Source of the DNA: Octopus vulgaris
Lineage: Eukaryota
Assembly (NCBI GenBank): GCA_951406725.2
Contig: OX597827.1
Span: 67,580,001-67,644,000 of the forward strand
Reading direction: 5' to 3'
Length of the DNA stretch: 64,000 bases
Shown here piece by piece: positions 1 to 13,332 of this stretch (the stretch's first letter is position 1; each line of letters begins with the position of its first letter). The notes under the pieces were generated by a model. That model did no database searches and was not told the origin of the DNA. It saw nothing but the letters and a program-made list of their open reading frames with translations. The position numbers were made by a program, and so were the translations under genes.

Positions 1-84
1 TGAGGGAGAAAATGCTAAGAAGCTTCATTCTGAGTTCAAATTCCACATAGACCGACTGGTAGTAGTAGTAGTAGTAGTAGTAGC

Positions 85-127
<43 letters not shown>

Positions 128-129
<2 letters not shown>

Positions 130-240
130 TTTGGCACGAGTTTTTCTGTGCTTGTTTCCAGTACGTCTAATTCTGGGAACTGCTGTATTTGGAATTCAAT
201 TAGATACTTCGATATTTCTTTGACTGTTTTGTTACTGAGA
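128..240 (-). mobile_element. Short internal Dong-like LINE fragment
   Basis: Similar to 1640-1740 (gcttgtttc...tgtatttggaattca); lies between TAG and CAT/TAT microsatellites. Confidence 0.5.
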
Positions 241-260
241 ATCATCATCATCATCATTCA

Positions 261-301
<41 letters not shown>

Positions 302-304
<3 letters not shown>

Positions 305-1740
305 TTATGCTTGACTTTTGCTTTACATTTGTGCAAGTTGGCTCCAAGTCTCACCCAGAGATCTCAAGAGACAATAAGCTGGAAGTTCATGTTGGTGTTA
401 TGCCTAGGATGCCATATATTCGGTTTTGTACATAGTTTTGTTCTAGAGAATGTTTAAGAAACCATAAGAAAATTATGTTTGTTTTAAAACTTAAGATGAC
501 ATAGAAAGTATTTTGCGTAGGATATGGGTAGTTCCCATGAGCACTATCTTTTGAATTTCTGCCATTTTTGGGTTCCCTGGTATCTGAGCTTGTTTTAGTC
601 TTCAGGTTCCACATTTTGCTAATTTCTATTTCAAGATCTTTATACTTGCTCATTTTTTGATATGTCTTGACAGATACGTTTATATCGATTGGGACAGTCA
701 TATCAATGAGGAAGCATGATTTTTGTCTGAAGTCTTTCAATATGATGGCTGGCCTATTAGCATCCATCTTTCTGTCAGTTTGAATGATGAAGTTCCAGAG
801 GAGTGAGATGTGATCATTTTCAAGCAATGTAGGTGGTTTGTGTTCCAAGCAGTTTTTATCACGGAGCAAGTCCAGGTTTTTGCAAATTACCCAGTGAATA
901 TATTGTGCAGCTCTATCATGCCTGTTGAGATACTCTGTAGGCGCAAGAAGACTGCACATGGAGACAACATGATCAATGGTTTTATTTTGTTAACATACAT
1001 GGTATGTTGTGCTACTGCCTATCTTTAATAAGTTGGCCTGGTAGTTCCTTGTAGGCAGGAATTGATCTTGGGATGCAATGATAAACCCTTCTGTTTCAGA
1101 TTTCAAGCCAAAAGCCACTAGCCATTGGCTTTATCAACATCGGCATTATTCCCTCTCTTTGGTTATTTGCTACTGAGAGATTTTTCTTGCCATTTATCAG
1201 TAACTAGCAGTATCGCCCGGCGTTGCTCAGGTTTATAAGGGAAATAACTATAAAGAATTTTTAGAGAGTTATAGCCAAAAAATAGCAAAAACATGGAAAA
1301 AAATGATGGTAAATTTTTTTTTGAGATTTAAAAAAGGTGGAGTTGCGTCCCCCAGACAGTTTGTGGTTCGTGTTTCTGATTCTCGACCCCATGTCGAATT
1401 TATCGATTTTTTTCAGAACTGGGGGAACTTTTCAAAATTTTCGCTGCGTTAGTTTTGAATTATGCCATTGGGCTATGTGTGTGTCAAGTTTCATCAGAAT
1501 CGGTTGAAAGCCGTGGTCAGGGTGAGGGTACAAGCAAACAGACACACAGAAACACGCACAGACAAACTGCCGTTTATATAGAGAGAGATAATATCTAAAA
1601 CAGAAGTTTTGGCACATGTTTTCATGTGCTTAGCTTTTTCTGCGCTTGTTTCTAATATGTATAATTCCGAAATTTGTTGTATTTGGAATTCACTTACATA
1701 TTCTTTTGCCTATTTTGTTACAGATTATGATGCTTTCTTG
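302..1740 (-). mobile_element. 5'-truncated Dong/R4-like RLE non-LTR retrotransposon, interrupted by a Helitron
   Basis: Degenerate translation DKWQEK...GLKSETEGFIIASQDQ...TIDHVVSMC...YLNRHD...LLWNF...NRPAIIL...LIDMTVP...KMSKYKDLEIE (CCHC remnant, RHD, PD-D-K endonuclease motifs). Contains stops and frameshifts; (TAA)n flanks on both sides. Confidence 0.85.
1204..1588 (-). mobile_element. Non-autonomous Helitron (copy 1)
   Basis: On the minus strand: 5' TC, internal (TGTC/TG)n, 3' hairpin-like CCTGAGCAACGCCGGG followed by CTAG. Inserted between A and T with no TSD. Removing it restores the LINE reading frame (VLDII|TDKWQEK). Confidence 0.85.
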
Positions 1741-1761
1741 TTATTATTATTATTATTATTC

Positions 1762-2128
1762 AGTAGTTTTATTTTTATAGCGTGCTTTCACTTCACTACC
1801 GAGCGCAGCTATGTGTGCCTTGGGTATGTGCTGTGATTTGTTGTGATGCTCTGATGGTTATTGTATTGAAAGTGTTCTGAGTAGGATGTGTGCAGTCCCT
1901 AGTAGTGCAATTTTCTGTATGATATATGTGTTTGTAAGTCCTGGTGTTTTTGTTATGTATTTGTCTGAGTATTTTTTTATCATGCCTAATGCACCTACTA
2001 TGATGGGAATTGTTTCTGTTTTTAGATTCCACATTCTAGTTACCTCTATTTCCAGGTCTTTGTATTTTGAAAGTTTCTCCATTTCTTTTAGAGACACGTT
2101 GTCATCTGCTGGTATTGATACATCAATT
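1762..2128 (-). mobile_element. Dong/R4-like LINE 3' fragment (second subfamily)
   Basis: LIDVSIPADDNVSLKEMEKLSKYKDLEIEVTRMW...IPIIVGALG...QKIALLGTAHILLRTL* followed by a short 3' UTR; flanked by TAA repeats. Confidence 0.85.
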
Positions 2129-2287
2129 TATCATTATTATTATTATTATCACTATTATTATTATTATTATTGTTATTATTATTATTATTATTATTATCAT
2201 CATCATCATCATCTTCATATTTTGTTACAGAGTATGATGCTTTCTTGCTTTTTATTATTATTATCATTATTATTATTATTATTATTA

Positions 2288-2490
2288 AAGCGGCGAACAG
2301 ACAGAGTCATTAGCAATCCGGGCAAAATGCTTAGCAGTATTTTGTCCGTCTTCACGTTCTAAGTTCAGACTTTTGACTTTCATTCTTTCGGGGTCGATGA
2401 AATAAGTACCAGTTGAACCCTGGGTTTTGATGTAATCAACTAACACACTCCCCCCAAAATTTCAGGCCTTGTACTTGTAACAGAAATGAT
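2288..2490 (+). mobile_element. tRNA-derived SINE with Meta-domain-like core
   Basis: GCGGCGAACAGACAGAGTCATTAGC head; core gactttcattctttcggggtcgatgaaataagtaccag. Homologous copies at about 10555, 21930, 22093, 26860, 28455 and 54945-55530. Confidence 0.7.
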
Positions 2491-3456
2491 TATTATTGCT
2501 GTTGCTGTTGTTGTTGTTGTCGTCGTCGTTTTTGTTGTTATTCCTCAATGTTTAATGGTAGGAAAATATTAACACACGGAACATAGATGCTATCATCGCA
2601 TTAATTTCATTTCTTCTTTCTATATTTTCCAGAATCTCCGAGACACGCAATTATACACCAATGTGTTCTGTACTGTAAAAAACGCCACAATAACTGGATA
2701 ATTCGATGCGATATCAACACTGAAGGCGCTATGGGTATCACGCAGGTGGTATCCGATATTGTTATATCAAAGTTAACGGATGAAACATCGGCATTGAAAA
2801 CTTTTGAGTTAACAACGTAGTCCATAGTTCGGGAACGAATAAAAACCAACGACATACAAACTTGTTGAAGCAAACTTACTCACACGCATGCGCGTGCGTA
2901 CACATACATTCACGCACACATACACAAACACACGCATACGCACATCCTAAACGCAAAGCTGTATATGATGATATTCATATAATTACAAACCAAATCGTAC
3001 ATTTCCTAATCATATACATACATTTATATATATATATATATATATATATTGATATATATATACATAAATACATGCAATTATGTGTCATAGTTTTAGTCGT
3101 GAAGTATTACAGAAGATATCGTGATCGTTCGAATATGATAATATAATAAAACATTATTATATCGTATAAATGAGAAAATTGGACAACATAAAATCTGAAA
3201 GAAAGTAAAAAACACATTTAACCTTATAAAACGATAGAACACTGCTTGGGTAATAATAATAGTAATAATAATACTAATAATAATAAGAAGAAGAGCAACA
3301 ACAACAATAACAATAATAAAAGTGATGCTAATAATAATCATAGTAATATTATTTAAGAATAAAACGTAATAATAATTTGTTTTTTTTTTTCTAAACATTC
3401 GTTGCAATAAAAATAATTTCATGAATTTTAAATAACGAGTTCTATAATAATAGCAA

Positions 3457-3555
<99 letters not shown>

Positions 3556-4024
3556 TAATCATTGAAATATAATGTAATATCCGGTAACAATAATAATATT
3601 AACAACTTTAATAATCAAATTAAAATGGAGGATGAGAAAAATATAAAATTCAAGTAATAGGTTTTTGAAACGATTTACGTTTTCAAGAAATTTACTGAAG
3701 TATCAGAAGGAAAACGGATTTAGTAGAATATAAAATGGAAGCGTAATAAATAGTATTTTATTAGTTGTGTATTTTCTAAATCTATATGAACATTTTCAGA
3801 AATACTCATATTACATAAGGTAAATAGAGAGAGAAGAAAAAAAAACTCTGTTGTTATCGTTTGTGTTTTTGTCTTCATCTTTGTCGCAGTTTTACAATTG
3901 CTATCTTCTTTCGTTTTATTAAGTCTGCGTTGTGATACCGTTTTTTTAAGGTTAGATAATAACAAACAAAGAAAAAAACAAAAAAACAAAACTTCACTTT
4001 CACGATTTATGTGAAAACATTTTC

Positions 4025-4073
<49 letters not shown>

Positions 4074-5234
4074 TTAACGACGAAAAGACACAAATTATAC
4101 ATATGGGCTGTGCTATTTTTTCTTTCTATTTTTTGGTCGGGAAAAATATCGTAATCACAAACTGTAATTTTTTTAAAGGAAAACAAACTAGTAGAAGGGA
4201 AAGTATGTGAATATTGAGAATACTGTGCACACAGAGAGATTTGCAATCTTCAAATCTTATTTTATTTTCTTTAGAATATTATATAATTTTTCTCTTCGTA
4301 TTTCGGCATTTCTTTTCCAAAGTCATAGCGTATAAAACAGGTGCAAATTAATTTTCACTTGTCTTTATATATATATATATATATATATATCTTCGTTTTT
4401 GTTGTTGTGTTCTAATTATTTTCCTATTATCATCAACATCATCATTCTCAACAACAACATCGTTATTACCTTTATCGTTTGCCTTTTGAATCCTACATCA
4501 GTAGTTGGCAAGAATTAAGTACATTTTTGGAGAACGTGCTTAAAAGGGCTGAAGGTTAACAAGGATTGTTCACGGTTAGTGAGTTTGCTTAATGTTGATT
4601 AAGATATCAATAAAAACAAATCGATATAATCGATTATTCTGCACTCCAGCAACTTTTATGGTCATCAGTTTACGTCAAAAACCTTTATTATAATTACTAT
4701 TATCATCTTCATTTGAAGCATTCCACAAGTTCTTCCGTGCGATTATAAACTCACTGGAACGAACCTTGAACTTCGTAACCCAGTTTTCTATCCTAGATAC
4801 AAGCGATATACTTAAAATTCGAAATGGTTTCCGGAAAGTTATGAATTCCTTTGCATATTAATTTGTTTATGTTAATTATTATCACAAGACAGAAACGTTA
4901 TAGCTATGTAAACAATTACTCCTTAAGTTCATTATAAGCGTCACATTATTACATCGTATAGTCCCATGATACAGAGGTTGTGTCTTAACTGAAATCATCA
5001 CTTCTCTGGTGTAAACAGCATCGCTTAGTTTTTCTTTGCCCATATATCACTGAGGCTCATAAGAAAACATGAGCTATTCCACATTCTAGTTTTGTGTTAT
5101 TAAAATATACAAATATAACAGAATCAACATTTATTTACAAATATAAAGTACCATTTCCAACGATACTTAAGCACGTTATTATAATCATTATACTTGAATT
5201 TGTTGTTGTTATTGTGGTGGAGCTTGTGTTGTTC

Positions 5235-5279
<45 letters not shown>

Positions 5280-5936
5280 CAGCAGCAGCTTCAATTCGGG
5301 GCTCGAGTCTCGGAAATTTAGCTTCACTTATTAACGCTGCTTGTTGAAAAAGATATATATATATATATACAGTGAATGTCACTAAATTCATCTATTATCT
5401 TATTTCATTGCCTGTCTGTCTAACAGTCTCACAGCCAATCTGTCTTTTTATCTATAGCAATTCTTTCCAGTTTTTCTTAGATTCATTTTTAAACAATACC
5501 GGTGGCTTTGGCTGGAGAAGTTGCGATTGTCTCATCATTAAGATCAGAAACAAACTTTAAAAACTAAAAATATCATTAGCACAGTTTGCTAAACATTTCT
5601 TAAAAGTCTCGCGAAGAAACCACTTCGTTTGTGATGTGATTTTCTTATATGACCAGAACATCAATCTAGTCACATAATAAAAAAAAAATTATTCTTTATT
5701 GATACGTTTATATTTTTTCTAAAAAATCAACTAGCTCATAAAATAGAAAAAAATCAACCAATAGACATCCATTTGGTTATTTATTTAGTTATTTACACAT
5801 TTATTTATTTTTCTATTTCATTGCAAAGATTTCAAAGAAACAAAAGTAATACGAAAAATCTGAAATGAAATCAAAATAGATTGACCGAATTCTGTTTTGC
5901 TTTTTTCGTAGTTTTCAATAAGCACAGAAGCAGTTT

Positions 5937-6042
<106 letters not shown>

Positions 6043-6482
6043 AATACTAATACTACTACTACATTGTTCGTCAAATTATCTTCATATAGAACATTTGCAG
6101 TTGCGTAGACAAGAATACGAGAATACGTATTATTTTATGAAGTTCATTATCAAACTACATACTTAGGATTCATTTAGTAATGTGTGCCTTGTTTCTTTAA
6201 GGATTTTCTTTGAGGATTCTTCAGTGTTGGTTATTCATGGTTTAAGATTTTGATGGTGTTTTAGTCTTAATTTATTTTACTGTATTACTTTTTGCTGTGG
6301 AAAATAGTTATTGTAGATTGAATGAAAACACACTCAAGATTTAGGTCTATTCGGATTTCTAAGAAAAATAAAATCAAGAAAAAACTATGATTTCGTAAAA
6401 GCTGGTTACAGAACAATTCTTTTTTTTTATATACTATTGCAACTACTACAGCTACTGCAATAAAACTTTAATAATAATAATC

Positions 6483-6546
<64 letters not shown>

Positions 6547-6625
6547 TTATAATGTTGATAATTATATTACTTACAATAATGACGAACCAATCAAAATAAT
6601 AGAGTAATGCTCACATGGTTTTTTC

Positions 6626-6737
<112 letters not shown>

Positions 6738-7012
6738 TAACAACAACAATAACAATTATGATAAATTCATAGAGGCAACCCATATGGATACATATACAGT
6801 TTTATTGATATGCACTCACACTCGTACATGCCCAGAAACACAGAAAACCACTAATAAACAAACATATATGCATAGACTGCATATATCAGAGACACATAAA
6901 GATGTGCTTGGAAAAAGCTGCTATACGTATACGTTGTGAAAAATATAATAATAATATTAATAATAATAATAATAAATGATTCTTGGCACAAGGCAATTTA
7001 AAGCGTAGAATC

Positions 7013-9058
7013 ATGGCATTCTTTAGATTTCCGTTTGATTTCAACTTTACAGAAGACAATGGCTTGGGCAATACGACGGCCTATCCGTCTGGATTTGACC
7101 CTTACACAGAGCAAGTAACCTTTGATTTCTGGCGTTTCTCCCTTGAAAATGAAACTTTCAATGATTCAGCACAAAATAGCAAACTCCCGGTCTTCCCAGG
7201 TGCTGGTTTCCCAAGTGGTTACAGCTGGCCAACCATCATTATATCAACTTGTTTTGTAGTTGTCCTCGTCGTCCTAGTTGGATTGGGCAACTTACTGGTT
7301 TGTATTGCAATTTACACGGACAAAAATTTGAAAATTACTCAAAATTCCTTCATAGCTTCTTTAGCTATTGCAGACATGTTGCTTGGCATTCTTGTAATGC
7401 CATTATCATGGTGCAACGAGATTTTAGGATATTGGTTTTTCGGTCCAGTTTTATGTGATTTGTGGTTATCAGTTGATGTTTTACTGTGCACAGCTTCCAT
7501 TTTAAATCTTGTTTTAATTAGTCTGGACCGTTACTGGTCAATCACAAGAGCTCTCCACTATCCTCAGCAAAGAACTCCCAAGAGAGCCGCTATAATGATT
7601 GCTATTGTATGGGTTTTGTCAGGCATTATATGTTTACCACCCCTAATTGGCTGGAAACAGCCACGACCAGAGGTAGAGACTCTCTATCCAATGTGCTTCT
7701 TAAGCGAAGATCTTGGATACGTACTATATTCTTCGTGCGGTTCTTTTTACATTCCAATGGTTATTATGGTTATAGTATATTTTCGAATTTATCTTGCTGC
7801 ATTGAGAAGGGCACGCGGCACATTTAAAAAGAATCCAAAAGAGGTTTGTCCCGAAACACCAAAAGAAAAAACCACTTCCTCTACTGCAACTAGTTTCACA
7901 ACACCACCCAAAAACAATAATCAGAAATCCATTACTACCAATGCTTCCTCACACGCAGCACCTAATTCCCTGAAAGAGACAAAGTCGGCTAATGCCAATG
8001 GTAATACAAATTGCATAGAAGTCAAGCCCGTTGATAAAGAAACCCCCATTCCCAACGAGACTACGGTGCCCGTCAAAGCAGATAATAAAATATTAACGGT
8101 GCCGGGACAGGAAAATGGACATAGTGCGTCCTTGCAGATTGAAGACGAGCAGCGCAACCTCATAAATACTGATTCCGATTCCGTTAGTATCCTGAATAAT
8201 AAAACGGCAACAAGTGACAGTGAAGTGGGTGAAATTCGACCACCAAATCAGCGTTTAGTATTAGTCACGGATACGGAATCTTCTATGGAATCACCTAAAA
8301 AAACTTGCGTCAAGGGAGACGTTTCCACTGAGTTAGAAACGGTGGAGGAAAACGCGAAGCCCTTATTAGCTGGTGACACTGATTCAACGACATATTATGA
8401 TTCCCCTTATTTATCGCCGGAAACTCAAATGACCGATACTGGAACATGTACGGAAATGAAGACTCCGAATGTAACCCGGAAGGAAACCAATCAGCTTCAA
8501 CCAGCCAATCAGGTTCATCACAGTGAAAACGAACTTCATGGTGAGAACCATGAGCAGGAGCAGGATTTACCGAGCACAAATGCCAATTCAGAAGGTTTAC
8601 CTTCGCCAAATGTCAAAGAAATTAATGATAAATCTCACAAGGATAAAAAGAAAAACAGAAAGAAAAAAGAGCATATCTTAATGACAAATTTCAAAAAGGG
8701 TCATAAAAATAAAGGGGACATAGACAAAAACCGCAAGGAGCAGACTTGGAAGGCTCCTTCGGCACGCGACGCGGAAAAACAAAAACGTCGAGTCGCAAAA
8801 GCGCGCGAACGGCGAGCCACCATTGTACTTGGCATAGTAATGGCGGCATTTATCTTGTGTTGGTGTCCGTTTTTCACGCTCTACGTTATTTCGGCATTCT
8901 GTGATGGTTGCATACCGATGCTGGTATTTAACATTTTCTTTTGGTTCGGTTACTGCAATTCAGCATTAAACCCAGTTATTTACACAGTGTTCAATCGAGA
9001 CTTTAAACATGCTTTTATTAAGATTCTATTCGGAAATAAGAATTTCAAAAGGCGATGA
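7013..9058 (+). CDS. Intronless class A aminergic GPCR, alpha-2 adrenergic receptor-like (alpha2 / Oct-alpha2R clade), 681 aa
   Basis: First ATG (7013) after an in-frame TGA (6977). Seven hydrophobic segments with GN (TM1), LAIAD (TM2), D3.32 in SVDVLLCTASI, DRYWSIT, TM5 serines YSSCGSFYIP, CWCPFF (TM6) and WFGYCNSALNPVIY (TM7). N-terminal N-glycosylation sequons (NFT, NTT, NET, NDS). Very long ICL3, RERRAT before TM6 and a short C-tail (FNRDFKHAF) are typical of alpha-2/Gi-coupled receptors. Confidence 0.93.
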   Translation: MAFFRFPFDFNFTEDNGLGNTTAYPSGFDPYTEQVTFDFWRFSLENETFNDSAQNSKLPVFPGAGFPSGYSWPTIIISTCFVVVLVVLVGLGNLLVCIAIYTDKNLKITQNSFIASLAIADMLLGILVMPLSWCNEILGYWFFGPVLCDLWLSVDVLLCTASILNLVLISLDRYWSITRALHYPQQRTPKRAAIMIAIVWVLSGIICLPPLIGWKQPRPEVETLYPMCFLSEDLGYVLYSSCGSFYIPMVIMVIVYFRIYLAALRRARGTFKKNPKEVCPETPKEKTTSSTATSFTTPPKNNNQKSITTNASSHAAPNSLKETKSANANGNTNCIEVKPVDKETPIPNETTVPVKADNKILTVPGQENGHSASLQIEDEQRNLINTDSDSVSILNNKTATSDSEVGEIRPPNQRLVLVTDTESSMESPKKTCVKGDVSTELETVEENAKPLLAGDTDSTTYYDSPYLSPETQMTDTGTCTEMKTPNVTRKETNQLQPANQVHHSENELHGENHEQEQDLPSTNANSEGLPSPNVKEINDKSHKDKKKNRKKKEHILMTNFKKGHKNKGDIDKNRKEQTWKAPSARDAEKQKRRVAKARERRATIVLGIVMAAFILCWCPFFTLYVISAFCDGCIPMLVFNIFFWFGYCNSALNPVIYTVFNRDFKHAFIKILFGNKNFKRR

Positions 9059-9113
9059 AAGACAAAAATATAAAGCTAACGTTACACGTATCACGTTGTC
9101 TAAGGAATGTACA

Positions 9114-9119
9114 AATAAA
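9114..9119 (+). promoter_or_regulatory. Candidate polyadenylation signal of the GPCR
   Basis: AATAAA about 55 nt after the stop codon; the AT-rich context makes chance occurrence likely. Confidence 0.3.
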
Positions 9120-9199
9120 ATGAAAATACAAACATTCTAAGAGGAACATTACAAAAGCAGTAAAGCTGTTGATATATCAATGCATAAAATTGTATACAG

Positions 9200-9366
<167 letters not shown>

Positions 9367-9729
9367 TATATGTATATAACAGACCAATCTTTTGAAAAAA
9401 GCATGTCGAGATTTGGAAAAAGACAAACATTATGATCAGCATATGTATATTATATATATATGCGTGTGTCTGTGTGTGTGTGTGCGTATGAGAGTATGTA
9501 TAAACGGTTATCTAATATATATTGATATATATATATATATATATGTGTGTAATTATATCTAGATGTGTGCGCGTACGTCTATATATATAGAGATGTGTAT
9601 AAAAGTTTATATATACGTATAAATATATACATATATTAATATATATATATATACATATACATATTAATATATATATATATATATATAGATATGTATATTT
9701 GTATACAGGTACATATACTTATGTATGTA

Positions 9730-9769
<40 letters not shown>

Positions 9770-10365
9770 AATATATATATATATATATATATGTATATAA
9801 ATATATATATATATATATTATACATACATAATTTCCGCGTCAATTTGCGCACATTTACACAAAGATGTATAATATGCAGTGAGTTACTTTTGTTCTTTTA
9901 TTCTTCAGATTTTTTGTCTTGTTTTTTTTTTAATTTTTTTTTAGGATGAGGAACTAAAGGATTATAAACCAAGATTTGACAGTAAAGAAAAAAAAAACAA
10001 AGAAAAAAGTAACAGAGATGCAAAGCTGTAAACAGAAGTTGAAAGCAATGATTTTTTTTTTTTTTGTTTGTTTTCCGTTCGGAAAATTCATTGCAGATTT
10101 GATCTGTTATCGTTTGATCGGTGAACGATCTACATGTGTGTTAATTTTTTTTTTTTTTTTTAATTCTTATTATGATTACGATTATCTTTATTATTAATAA
10201 TAATAATATTTTAACTGTTGAAATTATCATTAAAGTTTCTTTTTATTTGTTTTTACCTTCATTTATTTATCTTTTATTGTCGTTTTGTGTTATCTTTATT
10301 TGATTATTCTTTTGGTTGTTTGATGACGAAAACACTTTTGTATTATGTGTGTCAATATATATATA

Positions 10366-10421
<56 letters not shown>

Positions 10422-11370
10422 TACACACACATACATATACATATTTATGCACGCAGACACACACAAATATATATATATTCATATATATATATATATATAT
10501 GTAAATATATATATAAAGTATATTGCCTTGGTGTCTCTATTTCTAAAAAGAGCTGTATATTGGCAACAGAATCGGTCGAGCAACGGACAAGAATACTTTG
10601 CGGTGTTTAATTAAGTTACATTATGTTCAGAGTTCAAATTTCTCCAATGTCAACTTTGCCTTTTAATGTTCCGGGTGTCGATAAAAAAAAATTAAGTACT
10701 TACAAATAAAGTACTAGAGAAAATGTAAGCGGTTCTACGCCCACGAGTGGCAGTAACATATTGAGTCTTTGTATCTCTGGGTTCGGATCCAGTATGCTTT
10801 TACGAAGTTCAGCCAAAGGTGGTATTTTAGCAGAAACAAAAAAAAAACTGAATTAGGAGGGACACTGCGGAGGTATATAATTACCTCCCTTTACGTTTCT
10901 GCGTTTTAATGCTACCGGGTTAAAACGTTCGAATTTTTTCCTCATATCCTTCCGGGCTCGATAAAAATAAGTACGTTATGTACTAAGGTCGATTTGACCG
11001 ACTGTAACCTCTCTTCTTCCAAGTTCGTTTTTGTGACATTGCGCATATAATAGAAAGTATTGTCATTGTTTATATTCAATCAACTTTAGGAGGTTAGCAT
11101 CCGCTAGAATCGTTCCAGCGAAAGATATTATTCGTCATAAACGATTTTGCCTTTGTATCATCCAAAGTTGATAAGAATACCTGTAATATACTGTGATGGA
11201 CTCTGATAACTGTTTTAACCCCTCCCCTTGTACATTTGAATCCTTGCATCTGTTAAAGAAATGTATATTATGATTATCATTATACTTGCTATTATTAATG
11301 ATTATTATTGTTATTATTGTTTCATTATTGTTATTATTATTATTTTATTACTGTTGTCGTTGTTGGTATA

Positions 11371-11415
<45 letters not shown>

Positions 11416-12271
11416 TATTATTATTATTATTATTATTTACATTATTAATCATATTCATTTTATTTATTGTCATTGAAATTTAATCCATTTTGTATTTATT
11501 GGAAAGCGTATTTAATCTTGCTGTAACAAATATTTGGAGTTAAAATTCCTAGAGATTGAGTCTAGTCCTGGATACGACGTATTTGTGGTTGCTGGATACA
11601 GTCTTAACGTCATATATTTTTTTTGTACGTATAATGAGGTTCTGTTTGCGTGAGTTTTTTTTTTGTGATTTCGAAAAAATAACTTTATCTTAATCGCATT
11701 AACATTGAGCTTAAGTCTTCAAACTTTTATATTTTTCATCGGCATCAATGAACTCAATATCCAATCAATTTGAACTATATATCGTACACACGATTTCTCT
11801 GCGGTTATATGTGTGTGTGTGCGTGAGCATGTTTGTCTGTCTGTGACTGTGTGCTTGTGTATCTGTGTGGTGTGTCACCAGCTGCTATAAGTTCAAGTCT
11901 CGGGTTACTTTACAAAAGCTAAGCATACAACCAACATCAAAACAATGAATTTTTTATGTCATCAGCTCCGATGGATTTAAGCCCACGTATCCCTGGTTAC
12001 ATTATAACTTAGTTAAGTGATTATCTTTCATAAACATCTCTGAGTTCATTGCTTCATATTTTTAATTACATTATCTTATATATCATATGTATATATATTA
12101 TAAATATACTTTAAATATATAAATATTTTTCAACGTATAATATATAACTATATGGTATTATAAATATATTTTATATATATTATAGATATAAAATACATTA
12201 ACATGTTAGAAATGTTTGATACTTATATACTTATATAAGTATATTATAAAACTATAATATATAGCTATATT

Positions 12272-12617
12272 CGTTGTGGCACTCCGTCGGTTACGACGAC
12301 GTGGGTTCCAGCTGATCCGATCAACAGAACAGCTAGCTCGTGAAATTAACGTGCAAGTAGCTGAGCATTCCACAAACACGTGTAACTCAACGTAGTTCTC
12401 TGGAAGATTCAGCATGTCTCAGAATGTGACAAGAATGGTCCTTTGAAATTCAGGTACAACAGAAACAAGAAGAAAGAGTGAGAGAAGGTTGTGTTGAAAG
12501 AGCAGAACTTTAGGTGATTTCGCTCAATAAGCAATCACAGCACCCGATCTGGAATCGAAACTGCTATCCTACGACCGTGAGACTGTTGTCCTAACTACAG
12601 GCTCATTGCGCCTCCAC
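12272..12617 (-). mobile_element. tRNA-derived SINE (family B, tail type 1)
   Basis: Head GTGGAGGCGCAATGAGC...TTTCGATTCC; 11-bp TSD ATAGCTATATT (12261-12271 and 12618-12628); homologous to 60411-60792. Confidence 0.8.
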
Positions 12618-12801
12618 ATAGCTATATTATAACATAAATATATTATAAATATATTATATGTATATAATACATAAGAGTATAGAAATTTAATATATAATTA
12701 TATCATGAAAATATATTCAAATATATTATAAATATATTATATTATTACTTTATAAACGTATAACATAAATATGTTTGAATTAGATAATTATATAACAAAT
12801 A

Positions 12802-13332
12802 CGAGGGTGAGTCCAAGAGTAATGCCATTTTGCATAATTATCAACACAGGAACATGTATCATACATCAAAATGAAGCAGGTCCTCTGGGGTTTACATCCC
12901 TACTTCTCAACACAGTCACCGTTTTTCTCAATGGCAATGTTCCATCGTCGAATGAGAGCATGTATCCCTGGCCCGAAAAATTCTGTTAACTGTTCTTTGA
13001 GCCACTTCGTAACTACAGTTTTCACTTCATCGTCACTGGAATAATGTTTGCCTCTCAAGCCCTCTTTCACGGGGCCGAAGATTATTCCAGTGACGACGAA
13101 GTGAAACCTGTAGTGAAGAAGTGGCTCAAAGAACAGTCAACAGAATTTTACGGAGCAGGGATACGTGCTCTCATTCGAGAAACGGTATTGCTATTGAGAG
13201 AAACGGTAACTATGTTGAGAAGTAGAGATGTGATCCAGAAAACCAGCTTCATTTTGGCGTATGATACTTGTTCTTGTGTTGGTAATTATACCTGTCCTAA
13301 ACAAAACGGCATTACTTTTTCACTCACCCTCG
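12802..13332. mobile_element. Fold-back mariner derivative (MITE)
   Basis: TA TSDs; TIR CGAGGGTGAGTCCAAGAGTAATGCC / GGCATTACTTTTTCACTCACCCTCG. Both arms encode the mariner C-terminus (FGPVKEGLRGKHYSSDDEVKTVV..WLKEQ) in opposite orientations. Confidence 0.85.

Noticed and set aside
6983-7012. TTG start of the 691-aa ORF
   Set aside because: In a eukaryote the first ATG (7013) is the more plausible start.
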